Below, piece by piece: positions 57,300-64,000 of a stretch of DNA of 64,000 bases. The DNA is from Bacteroidota bacterium (lineage in GTDB: Bacteria; Bacteroidota; Bacteroidia; Chitinophagales; Chitinophagaceae). Both the position numbers and the translations under genes were made by a program. The number at the start of each line of letters is the position of its first letter. Within the stretch, counting starts at the first letter, position 1. The DNA lies in assembly GCA_040387755.1 (NCBI GenBank), contig JAZKDB010000001.1:823141-887140 (forward strand), in the 5' to 3' direction. The notes under the pieces were generated by a model that saw only the letters and a list, made by a program, of their open reading frames with translations, had not been told where the DNA came from and ran no database searches.

Positions 57300-58109
57300 A
57301 TGGACATTAATAGTAAAACAGGCAATCCAATTGTGCGGCTGCGAGCATTCAGAGCCGTAGATGACCCTGTGTCGTGTCAGTTGTTTCTGGAAGGGCACGA
57401 ACATGTTTTGACAAGTATTGGTGTGACAAAGGTTACCTCTTCAAAGGATGAATGGACCAGAAACCCGGCAGCCTTTGTATTAATTGTCGAGTCTTTGGAT
57501 AAATCTAAAGTATATGGGGGCGCTCGTATTCATGTATCCGGAGGTACTGAACCCCTACCCATTGAGCAGGCAACTGGAATGATGGACGATAATGTTTTTG
57601 ATTTGGTTTGGCACTATGCACAAAATGGCACCGGAGAGGGTTGTGGTTTATGGAATTCAAGAGAAATCTCGGGTTATGGTATTGGTAGTATTTTTCTTAC
57701 ACGTGCAGCCATTGCTATTGCACCCCAGATAGGTATACAGTCACTTTTTGCTTTGTGTGCACCTTACACAGTAAAGCTAACAGAAAGCGTAGGATACCAA
57801 TTAGAAACCAGTATTGGCAATAATGGTACCTTTTACTATCCCAAACTTGATTTGGTAGCTACTACAATGATTCTTAAGGATTTGGATACATTAAGTACTG
57901 CAAGTGAAGAAAATCGAATTGCAATAATGGATTTGAGAAAAAATCAAACTTGTAATAGGGTAGAAGTGCTTCGCAATAAAGAGATAGAGATTCATTATGA
58001 TATTAAGATTCCAAATCTTGAGAAATGGGATTTGAAGGAAATAATAAGAAATGTAAAGCAATGGCCTGTAGGCTCTAAATTTTCAGATTCACCATTAAAT
58101 ATTTTATAA
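57300..58109 (+). CDS. Hypothetical protein, probable GNAT/acyl-synthase-like fold
   Basis: RAFRA..FLEGH..VL, VYGGARIH, LPIE, EGCGLWN, GIGSIFLTRAA, LFALCAPYT..L..VGY pattern recalls LuxI/FeeM-like acyltransferases; fold assignment is by eye. Confidence 0.6.
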   Translation: MDINSKTGNPIVRLRAFRAVDDPVSCQLFLEGHEHVLTSIGVTKVTSSKDEWTRNPAAFVLIVESLDKSKVYGGARIHVSGGTEPLPIEQATGMMDDNVFDLVWHYAQNGTGEGCGLWNSREISGYGIGSIFLTRAAIAIAPQIGIQSLFALCAPYTVKLTESVGYQLETSIGNNGTFYYPKLDLVATTMILKDLDTLSTASEENRIAIMDLRKNQTCNRVEVLRNKEIEIHYDIKIPNLEKWDLKEIIRNVKQWPVGSKFSDSPLNIL

Positions 58110-58135
58110 TAATTTCATTTTCTTAGTCAATCTAT

Positions 58136-60478
58136 TTGATTACTCTTGCATTTACCAATATGAAAAACCACATAGCCGATATTCAATCTAGAAACGAATC
58201 TTTAAATTTTATTCACTCCCCTGTTTTTTTTAGAATCTCAAATTCAGACGATAAAAATGCTTTAGAAAATTTGCTGGAAAATGGGAAAGTGCTTTTTGTT
58301 TATAATAAAATTGAGGAACAGCTAAGAGAGTTGATTAAATGCAGAAATGTAGGCATTCGCTTAAATGAAGTTGAATATAAATCTTTGACAGAAAAACATC
58401 TCAATGGTTCTTCATTTGATGAATATGGTGTTTGGGTTTTTTATCCTTGGAGCGGCAGATTAATTCACATGTTAGATGAAGGTGAATTTATTGAAGTACG
58501 AACAAATCGTAATCAATATAAGATTACACTGAAGGAACGAGATATTTTAGCAACAAAAAAAATCGGAATTATTGGTCTTTCTGTTGGTCAATCTGTGGCA
58601 TTGACATTGGCTATGGAAAGAGGATGTGGTGAATTAGTTTTGGCAGACTTTGATTATTTGGAGTTAAGTAATTTAAACCGAATTCGAAGTGGTATTCAAA
58701 ATCTTGGAATAAATAAAGTTGTTTTAGCTGCTAGAGAAATAGCGGAAATTGATCCTTTTTTGAAAGTAACCTGTTACACTGAAGGAATCAAAGAAGATAA
58801 CATCAATAGTTTTTTTACATTAGATAGAAAGTTGGATTTACTTGTAGAGGAATGTGATGGGTTGGATATGAAGATTATTGCTCGTTTAAAAGCAAGAGAG
58901 TTAGGTATTCCTGTTTTAATGGATACGAGTGATAGAGGTATGTTAGATGTTGAAAGGTTTGACCTTAATTTAAATAGACCTATCCTGCATGGACTTATTG
59001 AGAATATTAACTTAAACGATATCAGAGAAATAAGCGATGAAGATAAAGTTCCCATAATACTCCAATTGTTAGGTCTTGAAAATATTTCAATTCGCGGAAA
59101 GGTTTCCATGATTGAAGTGAATCAAAGCATAAATACTTGGCCTCAACTTGCAAGTTCTGTCACATTAGGAGGTGCATTAGTTACAGATATAAGTAGAAGA
59201 ATACTCCTAAATCAGTTTTCTGATTCAGGACGATACTATATAGATTTTGAGGAATTAGTAAAAAATACTAATGACAAAGAAAGTAAAGAAGTCCTGACAA
59301 GAAAAGTCCCATTCAGTCCAATGACTTTAGATGAAATGGAAATGTTGGCAAATCAATACGTCTCTCCAAAATCTAAATCTATATTTCTCGATAACCACAC
59401 TATATCAAGTTTAGTAAATGCTGCTTGCGCAGCACCCTCCACTGGTAACGATCAACCCTGGAAATGGCTTTACAAGGATAGTACACTATTCTTATTTCAC
59501 GATGAATACAGATCTAGTTCATTTGGAGATTTTCAGAAGATAGCAAGTTTTATCACCTTAGGGTCTGCCTATGAAAATCTTTACATTCATGCAAAAAGCA
59601 AGTTTGGTATTGAGCCTGAGTATGATTTTTTTCCAATCAGTTCAAATCAAAGACTAGTTGCCGCCATTAATTTTAAAGCCAGTGAGGAAAATTGTGACCA
59701 ACTTCTTGATATCAAAAAACTTGATGCTGCAATTTTAAAAAGGCATACCAATAGAAATTCATCAATTAAAGTGAATATAGAGCAAAGTCAACTTGACAAA
59801 TTAAAGTACTATGCAGAGTCAATTGATGGAGCCAAATTGCAATGGATTACAGACGAGAAGGATTTTACTAAACTAGGTAAAATTATTGGAGCTTGTGACC
59901 GTATGCGCATTTTCAATGACGAAGGCCATATTGATTTTGCTCAAAGAGAGATGCGATGGACAGAAGAAGAGGCAGAAGAATCTAGGGATGGTATTTTTAT
60001 AAAAACACTTGGACTGAATGAGTCTCAACTAGCAGCTCTGAAAGTAATCAAAAACCACGATGTAATTAAGGGGCTCAGAGAATTAGGAGGTGGTAAAGCT
60101 TTCGAAGTATTGGCGAATCGAAGCTTAGTTAATGCATCTGCTATGTGTTATATAACTTTGCCTGAGTATAGTTTAAAAAGTTTTTTTGAAGGAGGGCGTT
60201 CAATGGAACGTTTTTGGCTGTTGGCAACAGATTTGGGATTTGCAATACACCCATTAATTTCACCACTTTATTTATTCCCAAGAGTTTTACATGCTAATGC
60301 AGAAGGGATTTCAGACAAAGATGCGGAAGAATTAATTGAATTGAGAAAAGAATTCAAAAAAATATTTGATGCTAAAGATGATGTTGCTGAAGTATTTATC
60401 ACTAAAATTGCAGTTGCTGAAGAACCGATCTTAAAAACTTTGAGATTACCAATCGAAGAGGTGTTATTTTTTAATTAG
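58136..60478 (+). CDS. ThiF/E1-like adenylation domain fused to Acg-like nitroreductase (Rv1355c-like family)
   Basis: WVFYPWSG, FIEVRTNRN, IGIIGLSVG (58574), ADFDYLELSNLNR, VEECD, DVERFD, NTWPQLASSV, APSTGNDQPW (59432), RHTNR (59741). Alternative start ATG 58160. Confidence 0.88.
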   Translation: MITLAFTNMKNHIADIQSRNESLNFIHSPVFFRISNSDDKNALENLLENGKVLFVYNKIEEQLRELIKCRNVGIRLNEVEYKSLTEKHLNGSSFDEYGVWVFYPWSGRLIHMLDEGEFIEVRTNRNQYKITLKERDILATKKIGIIGLSVGQSVALTLAMERGCGELVLADFDYLELSNLNRIRSGIQNLGINKVVLAAREIAEIDPFLKVTCYTEGIKEDNINSFFTLDRKLDLLVEECDGLDMKIIARLKARELGIPVLMDTSDRGMLDVERFDLNLNRPILHGLIENINLNDIREISDEDKVPIILQLLGLENISIRGKVSMIEVNQSINTWPQLASSVTLGGALVTDISRRILLNQFSDSGRYYIDFEELVKNTNDKESKEVLTRKVPFSPMTLDEMEMLANQYVSPKSKSIFLDNHTISSLVNAACAAPSTGNDQPWKWLYKDSTLFLFHDEYRSSSFGDFQKIASFITLGSAYENLYIHAKSKFGIEPEYDFFPISSNQRLVAAINFKASEENCDQLLDIKKLDAAILKRHTNRNSSIKVNIEQSQLDKLKYYAESIDGAKLQWITDEKDFTKLGKIIGACDRMRIFNDEGHIDFAQREMRWTEEEAEESRDGIFIKTLGLNESQLAALKVIKNHDVIKGLRELGGGKAFEVLANRSLVNASAMCYITLPEYSLKSFFEGGRSMERFWLLATDLGFAIHPLISPLYLFPRVLHANAEGISDKDAEELIELRKEFKKIFDAKDDVAEVFITKIAVAEEPILKTLRLPIEEVLFFN

Positions 60479-60544
60479 TCAACAAAGTGGGTGTTTTATA
60501 TTTGAGTGCAAAGAAAACCGAACTTAGTTAATACAGTATATTAA

Positions 60545-62701
60545 ATGAAAAAAATAATTTACGCGTTAATTCTATTTCAAATATTTATCAGTGGTTCTGT
60601 TTTTTCGCAAAAGACATTAATTTTTAAAGGGCAAAACGTAATTATTGGTCAGCAAATTGCAATATTTGAAGACACCTCCAATCAGCTTGATATTGAAGCA
60701 ATTCGAAATATTTCTGGTTTTGTAACATCAACCGGCCAAACCCCGAATTTACAATTAAGTAAATCAGATTTTTGGCTTAAATTCAATATTAAAAATGCCA
60801 CTCAAAATGAGCTGCTTTTACTTGAAATAGAATATCCAACCCTACAGCTTTGTGAATTTTATTATCCAGAAAATGGAAAATATAGGGTAGTGACAGCTAG
60901 TGACCGAACTAATTTCAAAGATAGAAAGTATAAACATCAAAATTTTATTTTTGATATCCACTTACCTCAAGATAGCGTTGCAACCTTCTTCATTAGAGTA
61001 AGAAGTAGCGAGCAGATGGTGTTACCATTAATTTTGGGATCGCCCCAAAAAATCAGTGAGTCCTTACTTACCAAGGACTTACTTTGGGGTATATTTGTAG
61101 GTATATTAATTGTAATGATATTGTACAATTTTTTTGTATTTATGTCTACTAAGGATATTGATTATCTTTATTACGTACTCTACATTACTTTCATAGGTTT
61201 AACACAAACCTCCTTATCTGGCTATACCTATCGATACATTTTTTATGACACACCAGAGTTGTTTCATAAAGGGATAATTATCTTCCCTGCATTGGCAGGT
61301 ATTTTTGCCATATTTTTTATCAAAAACTTTCTTCATACCAAAGACAGTGCACCACGCCTTGATAAACTTTTATCTGTTGGTTTAGTACTCTATTCAATTG
61401 CAATTATATTTCGTATTTCAGGCTATGATCATGCGGCCTATAGAATGATTGATATATCTGCACTTTTCTCTACTATTATTACCTATATAGTATCAATCAA
61501 AAGAGTTTATAACGGATATCGACCTGCAAAGTTTTTTTTGGTAGCCTGGACATTGTTTATGACAGGAATAATTTTGTTTGTGTTAAGAAATCTGGGTATT
61601 CTTGAACATAACAATTTTACAAATAACACCATGCAATTGGGAGTTTCGCTTGAGGTTACATTGCTTTCGATAGCGTTGGCAGATAAGTTTAATATCCTTA
61701 AGAAGGAAAAAGAACAATCGCAATTGGCTACATTGAATGCAATCAGAGAAAATGAAAAAATTGTACGCGAGCAAAATGTGATGCTGGAAAAAATGGTAGC
61801 CGAAAGAACCGCAGAGTTAGAGGAAACAAACGAAGATTTAAGCGTCACTTTAGAAGATTTGAAACAAGCCCAATCACAACTTGTTGAAGCAGAGAAAATG
61901 GCCTCCTTGGGTCAATTAACTGCAGGTATTGCTCATGAAATTAATAACCCTATCAATTTCGTTACAAGCAATGTGGCTCCCCTTAAGCGAGATGTCGGAA
62001 TGGTATTTGATACGATAGAATTTATCGAAACCATAAGTTTTGAAGATATCTCGGATGAGCAAAAACGAAAGAAAATAGAAGCATTTAAGGAGGACTTAGA
62101 CTATGATTACCTTAAGATTGAAATTAATCACCTTTTGAATGGAATTTATGAAGGATCATCACGTACAGCCGAAATAGTTAAAGGGCTTAGGATTTTCTCT
62201 CGTGTAGATGAGAACGACCTGAAGAAGGCAGATATCAATGAAGGTCTTGATTCTACGCTGATTATAGTAAATAATTTGCTGAACAGCACAATAAAAATTA
62301 TTAAAGAGTACACTGATCCGATGCCACTCATTGAGTGTTATCCGGGTAAGCTAAATCAAGTCTTTTTAAATATTATGAGTAATGCTATCCATGCTATTCG
62401 CAAAAAGCATGGCGAAAGTGGAAACGGAATTATTACTATCCGCACCAAGGCTTTGGAAAAGTACATAACCGTAGAGATACTGGATAATGGGGTAGGGATG
62501 GATGAAGTAACTCAGCATAAAATTTATGAGCCATTTTTTACAACCAAAGATGTAGGCGAAGGAACAGGTTTGGGAATGTCTATTGTGTACAATACAATCA
62601 AAAAACACAACGGTACTATCAAATTGGTTTCAAAACTAGGAGAAGGAACTTCATTTTTAATACAATTACCCATTATCTTCGACGCAGAAAATATAATATG
62701 A
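60545..62701 (+). CDS. 7TM-DISM sensor histidine kinase (7TMR-DISMED2 + 7TM + HisKA + HATPase)
   Basis: FEDTSNQL..PNLQLSKSDFWLKF periplasmic domain; GILIVMILYNFF..YLYY; seven TMs; LSIALADK coiled coil; AGIAHEINNP H-box; LNQVFLNIMSNA, DNGVG, FFTTKDVGEGTGLG. Confidence 0.93.
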   Translation: MKKIIYALILFQIFISGSVFSQKTLIFKGQNVIIGQQIAIFEDTSNQLDIEAIRNISGFVTSTGQTPNLQLSKSDFWLKFNIKNATQNELLLLEIEYPTLQLCEFYYPENGKYRVVTASDRTNFKDRKYKHQNFIFDIHLPQDSVATFFIRVRSSEQMVLPLILGSPQKISESLLTKDLLWGIFVGILIVMILYNFFVFMSTKDIDYLYYVLYITFIGLTQTSLSGYTYRYIFYDTPELFHKGIIIFPALAGIFAIFFIKNFLHTKDSAPRLDKLLSVGLVLYSIAIIFRISGYDHAAYRMIDISALFSTIITYIVSIKRVYNGYRPAKFFLVAWTLFMTGIILFVLRNLGILEHNNFTNNTMQLGVSLEVTLLSIALADKFNILKKEKEQSQLATLNAIRENEKIVREQNVMLEKMVAERTAELEETNEDLSVTLEDLKQAQSQLVEAEKMASLGQLTAGIAHEINNPINFVTSNVAPLKRDVGMVFDTIEFIETISFEDISDEQKRKKIEAFKEDLDYDYLKIEINHLLNGIYEGSSRTAEIVKGLRIFSRVDENDLKKADINEGLDSTLIIVNNLLNSTIKIIKEYTDPMPLIECYPGKLNQVFLNIMSNAIHAIRKKHGESGNGIITIRTKALEKYITVEILDNGVGMDEVTQHKIYEPFFTTKDVGEGTGLGMSIVYNTIKKHNGTIKLVSKLGEGTSFLIQLPIIFDAENII

Positions 62702-62733
62702 TTTAGTTATTTTGTGCAACAAACTATCCAATT

Positions 62734-63813
62734 TTGAAAGTAAAAATTCTATACATTGATGATGAACCAAACAACCTAATCAGTTTTAAGGCTGCTTTTC
62801 GGATTCACTTTGATATCTTCACCGCCACTGTTCCTACCGAAGCGGTAATGCATATGATTGCCCATCCTGATATAAAGATTATTTTTTGCGATCAAAGGAT
62901 GCCAGATATTTCCGGCGTTGACTTATTGGAACAACTAAAAAGCCTTTTCCCGCTTCCTGTAAGAATTATGATAACTGGTTATGCTGATATTGACTCTGTA
63001 ATTGGCGCAATTAACAAAGGAAGTATTTTTCAGTACATTAAAAAACCCTGGAAGGAAGATGATGTTTTGTTTGCAATAGAAGAAGCATTGAAATTTTACA
63101 ATAACAGTTCAATGCTTACACTGAAGAATCAGGAACTTAAAAATGCCTATAGTGAATTGGATAAGTTTGCTTACAGTGTTAGTCATGATATCAGAGGTCC
63201 TTTGGCAGGCATGTTAACAGGTATAGATTATCTTCAACATTCTAATGATATTGACGAAATCAAAGATTTAATGACGACAATGAAGAAATCATTGTTGCAA
63301 TTAGACGATTATATTATTGCCATGCATCAATATTATAATCAGCAAAAAGGTCAGGTTTCTATTTTTCCAATTGATTTTTCAAAATTGGTACAGGAAAATA
63401 AAAATATATATTCCATTTTTGCAAATGCACAGAAAATAGACTTTGAATCACATGTTAGTCAAACGGAAGCGTTTGATAGCGACCTTATTTCTATAAAGCT
63501 GATTATCAATAATTTATTATCAAATGCTTTTAAGTACCAAAGAGTAGAGGAGGAGAATAAGAAAGTTAAATTAATAATTGACGTAAAAAATGGCATTGCC
63601 ACAATTACTGTTGAAGACAACGGAATTGGAATGAAAGAAGATGATATTGACAAGATTTTCGACCTTCATTTCAGATCTGCATCTCAAAAAGTTGGTTTTG
63701 GCTTTGGGCTTTACAACTTAAAGGGAGCCTTGGTTAAACTAAGTGGACAAATTGACGTGCAATCCAAAATTGGTATTGGATCAACATTTAAAGTAACCCT
63801 ATCAAGTTTGTAA
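62734..63813 (+). CDS. Hybrid receiver + histidine kinase (REC-HisKA-HATPase), no sensor domain
   Basis: ILYIDDE, FCDQRMP, ITGY, KKPW; H-box SVSHDIRGPL; NLLSNAFKY, EDNGIG, GFGLY. Confidence 0.93.
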   Translation: MKVKILYIDDEPNNLISFKAAFRIHFDIFTATVPTEAVMHMIAHPDIKIIFCDQRMPDISGVDLLEQLKSLFPLPVRIMITGYADIDSVIGAINKGSIFQYIKKPWKEDDVLFAIEEALKFYNNSSMLTLKNQELKNAYSELDKFAYSVSHDIRGPLAGMLTGIDYLQHSNDIDEIKDLMTTMKKSLLQLDDYIIAMHQYYNQQKGQVSIFPIDFSKLVQENKNIYSIFANAQKIDFESHVSQTEAFDSDLISIKLIINNLLSNAFKYQRVEEENKKVKLIIDVKNGIATITVEDNGIGMKEDDIDKIFDLHFRSASQKVGFGFGLYNLKGALVKLSGQIDVQSKIGIGSTFKVTLSSL

Positions 63814-63818
63814 ATTTA

Positions 63819-64000
63819 CTAGGAAAGTAGTTTTTGTCTTAAGAGAAACTCTAATTGCTCATTTGAGGTACTAAGATTTTCATTCATTTCCTTAATCTTA
63901 AGTTGCTCCTTGAAGGCTTCATGTGCACGATTAATAGTCATCTCAAGTTCATTTTCATCCCATGGTTTGGTTAGGTAATGGAAAATCTTTCCCTTATTAA
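63819..64000 (-). CDS. Response regulator receiver protein, C-terminal part only (runs off the right edge)
   Basis: Not in ORF track. Minus strand reads NKGKIFHYLTKPWDENELEMTINRAHEAFKEQLKIKEMNENLSTSNEQLEFLLRQKLLS*, TAG at 63821-63819. Confidence 0.88.
   Translation of the reverse strand, partial: NKGKIFHYLTKPWDENELEMTINRAHEAFKEQLKIKEMNENLSTSNEQLEFLLRQKLLS

Noticed and set aside
1-64000. Mobile elements, prophage, rRNA, and the many 60-200-aa antisense ORFs in the track
   Set aside because: No transposase, integrase, phage structural or rRNA signatures seen; the short ORFs lie opposite or out of frame within well-supported genes

Overview
64 kb chromosomal window from a Bacteroidota genome, most likely Chitinophagales. 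The assignment rests on T9SS C-terminal sorting domains, TAnnTT(T/C)G -7 promoter boxes, bshB1 and the bamA-skp-skp order. Most of the window is housekeeping: gmk, dnaX, tsaD, a tRNA methyltransferase, fbp, PGI/PMI, kup, ribBA, uppS-bamA-skp-skp, UDP-Glc dehydrogenase and UDP-GlcA decarboxylase, Leu/Phe dehydrogenase, and tRNA-Arg(CCG). It also carries a fragmented phenylacetate catabolism set (TetR-paaEABCD, with paaH and a paaJ-like thiolase displaced), three T9SS cargo proteins and an orphan pesticin-like muramidase. The best candidate for an uncharacterised system is at the right end (57300-64000): a GNAT/acyl-synthase-like ORF, then a ThiF/E1-nitroreductase fusion (Rv1355c-like), a 7TM-DISM sensor kinase, a receiver-kinase hybrid and a convergent receiver protein. 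This looks like a 'make a small molecule and sense it' module; that function is inference. Other notable signals are an A10 run at the gamma/tau boundary of dnaX with stops close by in both shifted frames, a CGTC-tagged REP-like repeat translated in frame inside paaD, and a PaaR-type operator. No transposase, integrase, rRNA or CRISPR array was seen. Start codons were adjusted by eye where the ORF track overshoots. All family assignments come from motif recognition, not database searches.
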